A DNA stretch of 64,000 bases, taken from assembly GCA_019247775.1 (NCBI GenBank), contig JAFBAN010000248.1, forward strand, positions 97-64,096, given 5' to 3'. Shown piece by piece: positions 27,180-37,090 of the stretch. Position numbers and translations under genes: made by a program. The first letter of the stretch is position 1. Each line of letters opens with the position of its first letter. Under the pieces are notes generated by a model. It did no database searches. It was not told where the DNA came from and saw nothing but the letters and a program-made list of their open reading frames with translations. The DNA comes from Chitinophagaceae bacterium (lineage in GTDB: Bacteria; Bacteroidota; Bacteroidia; Chitinophagales; Chitinophagaceae).

Positions 27180-27866
27180 ATGAGTGATTCCACGAAAGAG
27201 AGTATCCACAAAGAATTTGAGTTAGAACGGATGATTCTTTTCAGCGATGCGGTGTTCGCCATCGCCATTACATTGTTGATCATCGAGATCAAATTCCCCC
27301 AATTGCCTGAAGGTTATCGCATGGGCCCTGACCTCTGGCAGTTCCTGAAACCAACGCTTAAAGAATTTCTCGCGTTTGCCCTCAGCTTCTTTTTTATCGG
27401 GGTATCCTGGGCCCGGCATCTGAAAATGTTCCGCTATTTGCGCGCCTACAATGACCGCGTTATTTTCCTGAACCTGTTCAGTATGTTCTTCATCGTCACT
27501 TTCCCTTTTTCAGCGTCCGCCTTTTTTCATTTTCGCCCAGATTTCATGTTCCCCATGGTTATCTATTTCGGGAATGTGATGATGATCTTTACAGCGAATT
27601 TTCTCTTGTCGCTGTATATCTTCAAGCGCAATACTCATCTTAGTGTTCCGGGATTCGATGCGGAAAAAAAATACATCTATCTTGTAAACCGCGGGTTTGC
27701 GATCAGCCTTTGCGCCGGTTTTTTGATCATACTGATCGCTGGCATCGCTACAAATTTCAGGGGCGATCTTTTGGCGTATAGCTGTTGGGCAACAGTGCTG
27801 CTGATGCTCGGCACCCGACGCTGGGCGCATCGGTATAAGCCAAAAAAAGAAACTATCCATTCCTGA
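27180..27866 (+). CDS. TMEM175 family ion channel
   Basis: Signature RMILFSDAVFAIAITLL and 6 TM segments. Confidence 0.88.
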   Translation: MSDSTKESIHKEFELERMILFSDAVFAIAITLLIIEIKFPQLPEGYRMGPDLWQFLKPTLKEFLAFALSFFFIGVSWARHLKMFRYLRAYNDRVIFLNLFSMFFIVTFPFSASAFFHFRPDFMFPMVIYFGNVMMIFTANFLLSLYIFKRNTHLSVPGFDAEKKYIYLVNRGFAISLCAGFLIILIAGIATNFRGDLLAYSCWATVLLMLGTRRWAHRYKPKKETIHS

Positions 27867-29082
27867 TCCGTACCTTCTCACTGGCATATCCGCTTAACAT
27901 CATCAGGCTAACAAAAGAAGAAGTGTAGAATAAGTAGAGATACGGCACATCCACCAGGCTGTAAAATATTACCAGCGACAGTTTCAACATGGCGATCGGG
28001 ATATTCGCTGTTCCGATCCGCCATTTTTTTTGCTTCAGCAGCAATACCCAGGTTGCCAGTACAGGCAGGATCAGTACACAAACGATAAGCAGGCTATGCT
28101 GCAGCGCAATATGCCGTACGCCGAAGAACCGCGCGAGGCCGGGGCCTTCCGTAAACACTTCCGGGGAATCGTGCCATACCCGGCCGGCGAAAGCGATATA
28201 CGACTGTGGGAGCGCCACCAAAGAATCCAGCAATTTCCACCCGAAAGGAAGGACAAGGACCAGGGCAGTTACAAAGCCCGCCACACTCATCCGTAGCAGC
28301 GCTCTCCATTCTTTACGCCAGATCATATACAGGAGCAATGCAGGCAGCCACCCTATGAATGCATAGCGGCTTAGTGCGCAGATCGCAATCGCTATGCCGG
28401 TGAGCCAGGGATTTTTTCTTTGCAGCGCAATTACCAGCAGCACATAATAGAAGATCACGACGCCTTCTTCTGAAAAGGGCAGGAGACCGGGCATATCATC
28501 GATGAACAACCAGCACAGCAGCAGCGCCGCTCCTGCTGCAGTAAATATCCCATGCATGTTAAACCGGTTCCTGAGAATAAATATGGCGAATACAACAAAC
28601 AGGCAGGCAATGGTAATCCATCTCAGGTCAATCCCTGCCGCCAGCGGCAATGCATACGGAAGCCACATCGCAGGCAGGTAAATGGGAACTGTGCCATGCC
28701 AGATCTGGGGAATGGGATCGTATACCTGCATAGGATGCCCGGCCAGCAACCGTTCGTTCATAACTTTAATGATCGGCAGCATATCGGCAGTTTCATAAGC
28801 CAGGGGTTCGGCCAGCATGCGTTGGTAGCCGAACCAGCACATGCCATCCAGTATTATCGCCAACAGGATCCATTTAAAGGCAGGCTGTTTTAAAAAACTT
28901 TGTGAGATCGCAGGCAGATCAGGCAAAAACAAAAACGCAAATGCCAGTACAAGTCCGGACAAGCTGTACAAAATGCTGAGCAGCGCCCCGAAGGCCGGGA
29001 AATGAAGCCCATAGCTGATACAAAAAGTCTCGAGCAGGAAGCAGAATATAAGTAACCGGTATAGACGGTCTTTGGATTGCAT
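27853..29082 (-). CDS. Polytopic membrane protein, possibly a GT-C type glycosyltransferase
   Basis: More than 10 TM segments with ADM, P.YLP, GIDLRW and NEE-like EEG motifs. Family not certain. Confidence 0.65.
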   Translation of the reverse strand: MQSKDRLYRLLIFCFLLETFCISYGLHFPAFGALLSILYSLSGLVLAFAFLFLPDLPAISQSFLKQPAFKWILLAIILDGMCWFGYQRMLAEPLAYETADMLPIIKVMNERLLAGHPMQVYDPIPQIWHGTVPIYLPAMWLPYALPLAAGIDLRWITIACLFVVFAIFILRNRFNMHGIFTAAGAALLLCWLFIDDMPGLLPFSEEGVVIFYYVLLVIALQRKNPWLTGIAIAICALSRYAFIGWLPALLLYMIWRKEWRALLRMSVAGFVTALVLVLPFGWKLLDSLVALPQSYIAFAGRVWHDSPEVFTEGPGLARFFGVRHIALQHSLLIVCVLILPVLATWVLLLKQKKWRIGTANIPIAMLKLSLVIFYSLVDVPYLYLFYTSSFVSLMMLSGYASEKVRIRNG

Positions 29083-29129
29083 TCAGTTCAAAATACAACA
29101 AAGCCGATAAATCGGGTACACCGAATCTG

Positions 29130-29216
29130 TTTCACGCAAAGGCGCTAAGGTGCTAGGGCGCAAAGGAATAAAGAAAACGATTTTGCGCCTTTGCCTCTTT
29201 GCGCCTTTGCGCGAAA
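29130..29216. repeat. cgcaaag/ctttgcg palindromic element
   Basis: tttcacgcaaaggcgc...gcgcctttgcgcgaaa. Confidence 0.8.
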
Positions 29217-29270
29217 TTTTTCAAAACGGAAATCCTCTTTTAAATTAAGTTTGCAGCACAACCCAGCCTT

Positions 29271-30026
29271 ATGAAACTACTCGCAGGAAAAGTATCGATC
29301 GTTACCGGCGCCGCTCGCGGCATCGGGGCAGCTATTGCGCTTAAACTGGCCGAACATGGCAGCGATGTGGCCTTCAGCTATGTGAGCGACAGCAGTGCGG
29401 AAAAAGCGAAAGCCCTGGAAGCCCAACTGCAGGCGCTCGGCGTAAAAGCCAAAGCTTACCAGAGTAATGCCGGCGATTTTGCGCAGTGCGAAACATTTGT
29501 AAATGAGGTCTTGAAAGATATGGGCAAGGTGGATGTCTGCGTTAACAATGCCGGCATCTCCAAGGACAACCTGCTGCTGCGCATGACGGCCGAACAATGG
29601 GATGAAGTGATGGACATCAACCTGAAAAGCGTATTCAATATGACCAAGCAGGTGATCCGGCCGATGATGAAAGCGAAGAATGGCAGTATCATCAATATGA
29701 GCTCTATCGTTGGTATCCGGGGTAATGCCGGGCAAAGCAGCTATGCTGCGAGTAAAGCCGGTATCATCGGCTTCACCAAATCGGTAGCGCTCGAACTGGG
29801 CAGCCGCAATATCCGCTGCAATGCCATTGCGCCTGGTTTTGTGGAAACCGATATGACCCATTATCTGAAAGAAGGTGATGGGGCAACTGAGTTCCTGAAA
29901 AAAATTCCACTTTCACGTTTTGGCAAAGCGGAAGAGATCGCGGATACAACTCTATTCCTCGCCAGCGATATGGCTTCTTATGTGACGGGGCAGGTGCTAA
30001 GTGTTTGCGGGGGATTGAACATTTAA
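29271..30026 (+). CDS. fabG: 3-oxoacyl-ACP reductase
   Basis: TGAARGIG, NNAGISKD, GNAGQSSYAASK and APGFVETDM. -7 box at 29246-29253. Confidence 0.93.
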   Translation: MKLLAGKVSIVTGAARGIGAAIALKLAEHGSDVAFSYVSDSSAEKAKALEAQLQALGVKAKAYQSNAGDFAQCETFVNEVLKDMGKVDVCVNNAGISKDNLLLRMTAEQWDEVMDINLKSVFNMTKQVIRPMMKAKNGSIINMSSIVGIRGNAGQSSYAASKAGIIGFTKSVALELGSRNIRCNAIAPGFVETDMTHYLKEGDGATEFLKKIPLSRFGKAEEIADTTLFLASDMASYVTGQVLSVCGGLNI

Positions 30027-30058
30027 TCTGTTAGCTTTTAGCAGGAATGCATTAATTA

Positions 30059-30178
30059 CTCCGCGAAACTCTGCTCCTCATGTTCTCTGCGGTGAAAAGC
30101 CAATTCGATATTTAGCGGGCCGCTATAACGGAGGAATTTTACCGCAGAGAACATGAGATAGCAGCGTTTACGCAGAGT
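30059..30178. repeat. cgcagag/ctctgcg palindromic element
   Basis: catgttctctgcggtgaaaa versus ttttaccgcagagaacatg (one mismatch). Confidence 0.8.
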
Positions 30179-30246
30179 GAAAGATTTTGTTAAAGCCAAC
30201 CACTAATAGCTTCCTTCAGATTTTGTCCTTATTTTCGCGGCAATCT

Positions 30247-30549
30247 ATGCGGAAAAAACTCTCCACACTTTTTCTTCTACTGGTGCTCAGCATCCAGGCC
30301 CTGCCCGTAAAGCAGATGGGGCTGGCCCTGTTCAGCAACCAGTTCACGGAAGAGTTGCCGCATGCATTCGATACGGAAAAGGACTGCTGTAAAAAATCCG
30401 GGTTTAAGAGCGATTTCATCGAGACGCCAATGCTGGCCCTTAACAACAGCCAGTTCGATCTTCCATTACTATGTCATCCCACCGCCGCTGCCATCCCGCA
30501 GAACCATACCGGCGAGATCCATGTGCCCCCGCCCAATGTTTGCGCTTAA
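30247..30549 (+). CDS. Small secreted protein with CC motif and C-terminal HVPPP
   Basis: Signal-like N-terminus, DCCKK and IHVPPPNVCA. 40 nt upstream of SulP. Confidence 0.8.
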   Translation: MRKKLSTLFLLLVLSIQALPVKQMGLALFSNQFTEELPHAFDTEKDCCKKSGFKSDFIETPMLALNNSQFDLPLLCHPTAAAIPQNHTGEIHVPPPNVCA

Positions 30550-30589
30550 CTGAGTAAGCAACTTTTTTATTTCATTTAAGTTCAGCATC

Positions 30590-32155
30590 ATGAAAAAATA
30601 TTTTCAGCATGCGGGCAGTGATCTGCCCGCGGCTATCGTAGTATTCCTGGTGGCCCTGCCGCTGTGCCTGGGCATCGCCCTGGGGTCGGGTGCACCGCTT
30701 TTTTCGGGTATCATCGCAGGCATTACCGGCGGTATCGTTATCGGCATGCTCAGCGGTTCGCAACTAAGCATCAGCGGACCGGCAGCGGGGCTCACCGTTA
30801 TCGTAGCCGCAGCCATTATCAGGCTGCAGGTATACGAAGCGTTTTTACTGGCAGTAGTACTTGCCGGATTTTTCCAGCTCATTTTCGGTTTTATCCGCGC
30901 AGGCGTGCTCGGCGATTATGTGCCCAATGCCGTGATCAAGGGCATGCTCGCGGCCATCGGGCTTATCCTCATCATGAAACAGTTCCCCCATCTTGTCGGT
31001 TACGATGCGGATTTCGAGGGCGATGAAGGATTCGCGCAGGCCGATACGAACAACACTTTCTCCGGCATCCTGCAGGCAATCGGCAGGATCCACCCGATGG
31101 CAGTAGTGATCGGCTCGGTTTCGCTGTTCCTGCTTTTTCTGTGGGAAAGACCGGCGATGAAATCGTTCATCATACTCAAGCTGGTACCCGGACCGCTGGT
31201 TGCGGTGTTGTCGGGGATCGCATTGCATGCTTTCGTCCTGAACAATTATCCGGGCTACGCGTTAGGCAAAGAACAACTGGTTACATTGCCCGTAGCAGAT
31301 TCCATGCAATCGTTCGTATCCTTTTTTACATTTCCGGATATCAAACATCTGAGCAATCCCGCTGTATGGACCAGCGCCATCACCATTGCCATCGTTGCGA
31401 GCCTTGAAACATTGCTCGGCATCGAAGCCGCAGATAAACTGGATCCGCTCAAACGCGTTACCCCGCCCAACCGCGAGCTGAAAGCGCAGGGCATCGGCAA
31501 TATGGTGTCGGGGCTGCTCGGCGGATTGCCGCTCACTTCCGTAGTGGTGAGAACATCCGCCAATATTTCCGCCGGCGCCAGAACACGTTTCTCTGCGATC
31601 ATGCATGGCCTGCTGTTGCTGGTATGCGTGATGTTCATTCCATCACTGCTGAATAAAATACCGCTCAGCGCTTTGGCAGCCGTACTTATCTTTACTGGGT
31701 ATAAGCTGGCGAAGATCTCGCTGTTCAAACAGTTCTTTCAGAAAGGCTGGGACCAGTTCGTACCATTCGTGGTAACGATAGCGGCCATCCTTATCACCGA
31801 CCTACTGACAGGCATCCTGATCGGCATCGGCGTGGGATTGTTCTTTATGGTAAGAAGCAATTTTCGCTCATCGGTGTTCATGGTGAAGGACGCAAACCAT
31901 TTCCTGATCCGGCTCAGGAAAGATGTATCCTTCCTGAACAAGCCGATCGTGAAAAAAACCCTGGAAGATGTGCCCGAGAACGCAGCGGTACTGATCGACG
32001 CCAGCAGGGCCGATTTTATCGATAAGGATGTGATCGAAGAGATCAATAATTTTCTTTGTCATGCCCACCTGAAGAATATCAGGGTGGAAGTCAGAAAAAG
32101 CATGACCAACCCAATGCATATTTTATTTATGGAACCTAAAACACCCGCAGCATGA
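30590..32155 (+). CDS. SulP/SLC26 family anion (likely bicarbonate) transporter
   Basis: [37 protein letters not shown] and a short STAS-like tail. ATGA overlap with the carbonic anhydrase. Confidence 0.93.
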   Translation: MKKYFQHAGSDLPAAIVVFLVALPLCLGIALGSGAPLFSGIIAGITGGIVIGMLSGSQLSISGPAAGLTVIVAAAIIRLQVYEAFLLAVVLAGFFQLIFGFIRAGVLGDYVPNAVIKGMLAAIGLILIMKQFPHLVGYDADFEGDEGFAQADTNNTFSGILQAIGRIHPMAVVIGSVSLFLLFLWERPAMKSFIILKLVPGPLVAVLSGIALHAFVLNNYPGYALGKEQLVTLPVADSMQSFVSFFTFPDIKHLSNPAVWTSAITIAIVASLETLLGIEAADKLDPLKRVTPPNRELKAQGIGNMVSGLLGGLPLTSVVVRTSANISAGARTRFSAIMHGLLLLVCVMFIPSLLNKIPLSALAAVLIFTGYKLAKISLFKQFFQKGWDQFVPFVVTIAAILITDLLTGILIGIGVGLFFMVRSNFRSSVFMVKDANHFLIRLRKDVSFLNKPIVKKTLEDVPENAAVLIDASRADFIDKDVIEEINNFLCHAHLKNIRVEVRKSMTNPMHILFMEPKTPAA

Positions 32156-32787
32156 AAGCATACGAAAAACTATTACTGGAAAACAAAGCCTGGGCACACG
32201 AAAAAGTAGCCGACGACCCCGAATATTTTCAACGATTGTCAGGACTGCAGACGCCCGAATTCCTGTGGATCGGCTGCAGCGACAGTCGCGTGCCCGCCAA
32301 TGAGATCACCAATACACAGCCCGGCGAGATCTTTGTTCACCGTAATATCGCCAACATGGTGATCCATACCGATGTGAACCTGCTGAGCGTTCTCGAATAT
32401 GCCGTTGCACATCTCAAGGTAAAACATGTGATCGTTTGCGGTCATTATGGATGCGGCGGCGTTAAAGCGGCCATGACCAATCACGATTTCAAACAGGTGC
32501 TGAATATGTGGCTGCGCAATATCAAAGATGTATACCGCCTGCACCGCTCCGAACTGGATGGGATCACCGATGAAGAAAAAAGGGCAGACCGGCTGGTAGA
32601 GCTGAATGTGCGTGAACAGGTACAGCATCTTGCCAAAACCTCCATCATCCAGCGCGCCTGGAAAAATGAGCAGCGTCCCGACCTGCATGGCTGGGTATAC
32701 GGACTGAAAGACGGCATCATCAATCCCGTTTTCGAAATGAAAGCAGGTACCCATATCGATCCGCTGTACGAATACGATGACCTGTGA
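32152..32787 (+). CDS. can: Beta-class carbonic anhydrase
   Basis: [17 protein letters not shown] and CGHYGCGG zinc ligands. Confidence 0.96.
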   Translation: MKAYEKLLLENKAWAHEKVADDPEYFQRLSGLQTPEFLWIGCSDSRVPANEITNTQPGEIFVHRNIANMVIHTDVNLLSVLEYAVAHLKVKHVIVCGHYGCGGVKAAMTNHDFKQVLNMWLRNIKDVYRLHRSELDGITDEEKRADRLVELNVREQVQHLAKTSIIQRAWKNEQRPDLHGWVYGLKDGIINPVFEMKAGTHIDPLYEYDDL

Positions 32788-32806
32788 TCGTTCAGGCATA
32801 ATATGG

Positions 32807-32833
32807 AAGGCGCAGGAAATCCTGCGCCTTTTT
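32807..32833 (+). terminator. Intrinsic terminator after can
   Basis: aaggcgcagg-aaat-cctgcgcctt followed by ttt. Confidence 0.85.
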
Positions 32834-32849
32834 CATGCCTTCAAATAAT

Positions 32850-33296
32850 TTAAACGGCTTTCGCCTCTCGTTCTTCCGGCACCTTCAACTGGCCGTATTT
32901 ATCCTTGAGGAAAGCGGAAAGGATCTCGCTGATCTCATATTTCCAGTCCGACACGGTAGGGGGTTTGGTAAGATAACATGCCGCACCAAGCTCCCAGGTA
33001 TCGTCCATATCACGTTCGGATGAGGAAGTGGTACAGATGATCACCGGGGTATTCTTATGTCGCACCATGTGTTTGATCATGGACAGGCAATGTTTTCCGG
33101 AGAGTTTGGGCATATTCAGATCGAGAAAGATCAGGTCTGGGCAGAGTTCGGTATCTGTTTCGAGAAGCCGCATGGCAGACTGGCTATCCTTGTGCAGGAA
33201 ACAATGAATGCCGCGATCGATATCTTTCACAGCCTGGTAAAAAAAACTCAGATCATCCTCGTCGTCGTCGATGAATAGTAGGGTGGTCGTGTTCAT
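32850..33296 (-). CDS. Stand-alone response regulator receiver protein
   Basis: IDDDEDD, FLDLNMP phospho-Asp, TTSS and LTKP. Confidence 0.9.
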   Translation of the reverse strand: MNTTTLLFIDDDEDDLSFFYQAVKDIDRGIHCFLHKDSQSAMRLLETDTELCPDLIFLDLNMPKLSGKHCLSMIKHMVRHKNTPVIICTTSSSERDMDDTWELGAACYLTKPPTVSDWKYEISEILSAFLKDKYGQLKVPEEREAKAV

Positions 33297-33467
33297 ACTT
33301 ATCGGATTTCGGTAACAGTTTTAAAAGTAACAAACACCGGTCCACCGCAGAGGTATTATGCGAAGACATGTAAATTTTATCATTTCATTAAACAACTGGG
33401 TAATTGGCCTCCCCAAAAGGAGATAGCATGGTTTTTTCAGGTATATGGGGAGATCCAATATCAGATC

Positions 33468-33656
33468 ATGAGACAGATCCTACGATATTTAACGTACCAG
33501 GAATTGCTGGACCGCCTGGTGGCCCTTACTGATCATCTGGCCACCTGCAGGGGGTTGAATGCGTCGTATGAGTTCTGTAAGATGGACATCGAGGAAACCC
33601 AGGAGGAGATAGTTTCCCGCAGACCTGAAGGAACCCGGTCTAACAACGATCATTAA
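33468..33656 (+). CDS. Small hypothetical helical protein (62 aa)
   Basis: Fills the gap between the response regulator and the enoyl-CoA hydratase; helical-hairpin-like pattern. Confidence 0.6.
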   Translation: MRQILRYLTYQELLDRLVALTDHLATCRGLNASYEFCKMDIEETQEEIVSRRPEGTRSNNDH

Positions 33657-33675
33657 CAATTTATTGGGTCGCCTG

Positions 33676-34455
33676 CTATGATCGCTGTTTCGACTTGAAT
33701 TTAGAGATGAACGTTTTGCTGTGCTCGCTCAGTATGAGACGCCCGCTGATGGCGGCCCTTTCCTTTAACAGGTCATCCCAATGTTCTGTTCCCTTCCACA
33801 AGACTTTCTTGATCTCGTGCATGGCGGCGGCGCTGGAATGTGAAAGATTGGTGCTGAGCCGGTCGATGGCGTCGTCCACAGCGTCAATATCGCTATACAC
33901 TTCTGCATACAGTCCTTTTCGTTTCGCCCAGTCTGCAGAACGCCACATAGTGGCATCGATGGTAAGTTGAGAGAATGCGGATAGGCCCAGTTTACGTTCA
34001 ACGGCCGGCCCAACCACGAATGGGCCGATGCCTACCGCCAGTTCACTAAGTTTGATGTCTGCACCATCAACGGCGATGGCGTAATCGGCGGCGGCGGCCA
34101 GTCCTACCCCGCCCCCAACACATTTGCCCTGGATCCGGGCGATAATGAACTGCGGGGTTTTTCGCATGGCGTTGATCACTTCAGCAAACCCGGAGAAGAA
34201 ATGGATGCCCTGGGCTTCTGTACTGATTGCTGCCAGTTCGTCGAAGGATGCACCGGAGCAGAATACTTTATCGCCGCAGGATTTCAGGATGATCACTTTG
34301 GTATCGCGGTTCAGGCCTTCGCTGTGGATGTCTTTGGCAAGTGTATGCAGCAATTCGCCTGGTAATGAATTGCTCTGCGGATGATAGAACTCTATCGTAG
34401 CAATCCCATGCTCACGTTCTACTTTTACATGTCCTTCTTTGATCTCTTCTATCAT
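33676..34455 (-). CDS. Enoyl-CoA hydratase/isomerase family protein
   Basis: FCSGASF, VGGGVGL and LSELAVGIGP. Confidence 0.9.
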   Translation of the reverse strand: MIEEIKEGHVKVEREHGIATIEFYHPQSNSLPGELLHTLAKDIHSEGLNRDTKVIILKSCGDKVFCSGASFDELAAISTEAQGIHFFSGFAEVINAMRKTPQFIIARIQGKCVGGGVGLAAAADYAIAVDGADIKLSELAVGIGPFVVGPAVERKLGLSAFSQLTIDATMWRSADWAKRKGLYAEVYSDIDAVDDAIDRLSTNLSHSSAAAMHEIKKVLWKGTEHWDDLLKERAAISGRLILSEHSKTFISKFKSKQRS

Positions 34456-34853
34456 ACTAACTTTCTTGAATGGTTATTAAATCGCCTGTAAAAACCGTCT
34501 TTTAATAAGTTGGCATTAAAATTAACTAATACTCCGTCTCTAAAACCTGCCAGCTTAAGATAAGCGTGTAGTTGTTTAAAATGAATGGGAGCTACAGCTT
34601 CCACCGATTTTATCTCTACTACAACCCTATCGTTAACCAACAGATCGAGCCTGAAACCAATACCGAATTTAATATAATCGTACACCACCGGTATCGGCAC
34701 TTGTCTCTTTACAACAAATGCACGCTTGGTCAACTCATGTATAAGAACTTCTTCATAAACGGATTCATATAGACCCGGACCCAGCTCCGCATGTACTTTG
34801 ATGCAGGAATCAAGTACACTTGCGATTATGGCGTTCACTGTTGTTTGACTCAT
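34452..34853 (-). CDS. GxxExxY protein (PD-(D/E)XK nuclease family)
   Basis: GPGLYESVY, FRLDLLV, VEIKS and QL..YLKL. Visibly more AT-rich than its neighbours. Confidence 0.93.
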   Translation of the reverse strand: MSQTTVNAIIASVLDSCIKVHAELGPGLYESVYEEVLIHELTKRAFVVKRQVPIPVVYDYIKFGIGFRLDLLVNDRVVVEIKSVEAVAPIHFKQLHAYLKLAGFRDGVLVNFNANLLKDGFYRRFNNHSRKLV

Positions 34854-34854
34854 C

Positions 34855-35000
34855 GTTTCAATAAAAGAAAGCCAAAAGAAAAAGAGAAAAGTATCGACTA
34901 TAGTTCAGACGTTTTTAGGTATCTGCCGCACTCTAATGCAGTTTTTTCACCTGTTGAACCTCTTCTTACTCTTCTTTTCTTCGTTTTTCTTTTATTGAAC
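34855..35000. repeat. Palindromic module A adjoining the GxxExxY gene
   Basis: Perfect 14-bp terminal inverted repeat ttcaataaaagaaa (34857) and tttcttttattgaa (34986). Contains the linker ccgcactcta. Confidence 0.85.
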
Positions 35001-37040
35001 CTTCCGCGCCACCATTGTAAGAATGGTTGCCACGCCTACGATCTCGTCTGTTTCATCCATCATTTCCACGAGCCATTTTACGATACCACGCGGGATATCG
35101 GTTGGCTCTTTTTGTTCCTGCCCTGTTTTTTCCTTGCAGGTGAACCGCACATAGAATTCGGCGCCGGGATAAACCGGTTTTGTAAACCGCAGTTCATCGA
35201 TACCGTAATTCAGCAGCACCGGGTTTTTCTCATAGCTGTCCACAAATAATCCTGCCGCTGCACTGATGAGAAAATAACCATGCGCTACCTGCCGCTCAAA
35301 CATGGTACCTGCAAAATCTGTTCCCGTGAGATGGGCGTAGAAATGATCCCCACTCAGGTCTGCAAAGCGGTTGATGTCTTCGGCGGTGATCAGTCTTTTT
35401 TCCGTTACCAGCTGATCCCCGATCTCCAGTTCCTCGAAATATTTTTTGAACGGGTGGATGCCGTCGGTACGCCTTGTAGCCCCGGGCTGGAACACGTTGC
35501 TCACCGCCGTGATCATATCCGGCGAGCCCTGGATAGCCACCCGCTGCATATAATGTTTCACGCCGCGGATGCCGCCCATTTCCTCGCCACCGCCTGCGCG
35601 GCCAGGGCCCCCATGCACCAATAAAGGCAGGGGCGATCCGTGTCCGGTACTTTCTTTGGCACACTGGTTATTGAGTATGAGGATGCGGCCATGATAGGTG
35701 CCTGCTCCGAGTACATATTTTTTGGCGACGGCCGGATCTGCCGTTACCACCGAACTCACCAGCGAGCCCTTACCCATTTTGGCCAGGGTGATGGCTTCTT
35801 CCGTGGTGGAATAAGGCATCAAGGTGGAAACGGGCCCGAAAGCTTCCACTTCATGCACTTCCCGGCTGGTGTGCGGCTGTTCATTCAGCAGCAGGATGGG
35901 GCTCATGAAAGCGCCTCTCGCCGCATCGGCATCGATCAGTTCAACACTGTCGAGCGAGCCGTAGATGATCTGCGAGGAAGCCAGTAATTTCTGCACCTGT
36001 GCTTTTACTTCCTTGCGTTGCGATTCGCCTGCCAGTGAACCCATCCGCACTTTTTCATTGAGTGGATTTCCGATGGTGGTTTGGGCCAATGCTTTCCCCA
36101 ATGCAATGCCGATATCTTTCAGTTTATTTTCAGGAACGAAAATGCGGCGGATAGCGGTGCACTTTTGTCCGCATTTCGTGGTCATTTCTTTCCGCACTTC
36201 TTTGATGAATATATCCCATTCCGGCATGCCGGGAGTTACGTCTTCACCCAATACAATGCAGTTGAGGGAATCGGCTTCCATGGTGAAAGGAACGTTCTGT
36301 TCCAGGATATTTTTGCCCGATTTAAGCATGAGTCCGGTGGAAGCCGAACCTGTAAAGCTCACTACATCCTGTGCAGTCACATGATCGAGCAGGTCGCCCG
36401 CGCTTCCACAGATAAGTTGCAGCGCACCCTTCGGCAGAATGCCTGAAGCGTCTATCCGCCGTACTACCGATTCGGTAAGAAAAGAGGTAATGGTAGCCGG
36501 CTTCACTACCGCAGGCACGCCGGCCAGCAGGTTAACTGCAATTTTTTCCAGCATACCCCATACCGGGAAATTGAATGCATTGATATGCACGGCAACCCCT
36601 TCTTTGGGAATGAGCAGGTGATGGCCCATAAAGGTGTTTGCCTTTCCCAGCTGATGATGTTCGCCATCGAGGCAGTAAGGCGTATCCGGAAATTTCCGGC
36701 GCAGCGAAGCATAGGAAAACAGGTTGCCGATACCGCCTTCGATATCCACCCAGCTGTCTGCCCTGGTAGCGCCGGTGCGATAACTGATCTGGTAAAATTC
36801 TTCAAGATGCTCCCGCAGGTAGAGGGCAAGTGAACGCAGCATCAGTCCGCGCTCGTGAAAACTCATCTTCCGCAGAGCGGGATTGCCCGTTTCGCGGGCG
36901 TAGTTGAGAATGGCAGCAAAATCCAGCCCTTTGGTAGAAGCCCTCGCAACAGGTTCGCCTGTGATAGCATTGAAAAGGACCTGCCCGTCGCCGTCACCTT
37001 TAATCCAGCGGCCGGTTACATAATTTTCGGTACTAAGCAT
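34992..37040 (-). CDS. paaZ: Bifunctional oxepin-CoA hydrolase/aldehyde dehydrogenase PaaZ
   Basis: INAFNFP, FTGSA, EADSLN, GQKCTAIRR, EAFGPV, HGSPLP and C-terminal MaoC domain SGDHFYAH. -7 box at 37045-37052. Confidence 0.95.
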   Translation of the reverse strand: MLSTENYVTGRWIKGDGDGQVLFNAITGEPVARASTKGLDFAAILNYARETGNPALRKMSFHERGLMLRSLALYLREHLEEFYQISYRTGATRADSWVDIEGGIGNLFSYASLRRKFPDTPYCLDGEHHQLGKANTFMGHHLLIPKEGVAVHINAFNFPVWGMLEKIAVNLLAGVPAVVKPATITSFLTESVVRRIDASGILPKGALQLICGSAGDLLDHVTAQDVVSFTGSASTGLMLKSGKNILEQNVPFTMEADSLNCIVLGEDVTPGMPEWDIFIKEVRKEMTTKCGQKCTAIRRIFVPENKLKDIGIALGKALAQTTIGNPLNEKVRMGSLAGESQRKEVKAQVQKLLASSQIIYGSLDSVELIDADAARGAFMSPILLLNEQPHTSREVHEVEAFGPVSTLMPYSTTEEAITLAKMGKGSLVSSVVTADPAVAKKYVLGAGTYHGRILILNNQCAKESTGHGSPLPLLVHGGPGRAGGGEEMGGIRGVKHYMQRVAIQGSPDMITAVSNVFQPGATRRTDGIHPFKKYFEELEIGDQLVTEKRLITAEDINRFADLSGDHFYAHLTGTDFAGTMFERQVAHGYFLISAAAGLFVDSYEKNPVLLNYGIDELRFTKPVYPGAEFYVRFTCKEKTGQEQKEPTDIPRGIVKWLVEMMDETDEIVGVATILTMVARKVQ

Positions 37041-37090
37041 GGCGCAAAGCTAACGAATGGTAGCCTTATGAGTTGTGCTCTCCATCAAAT

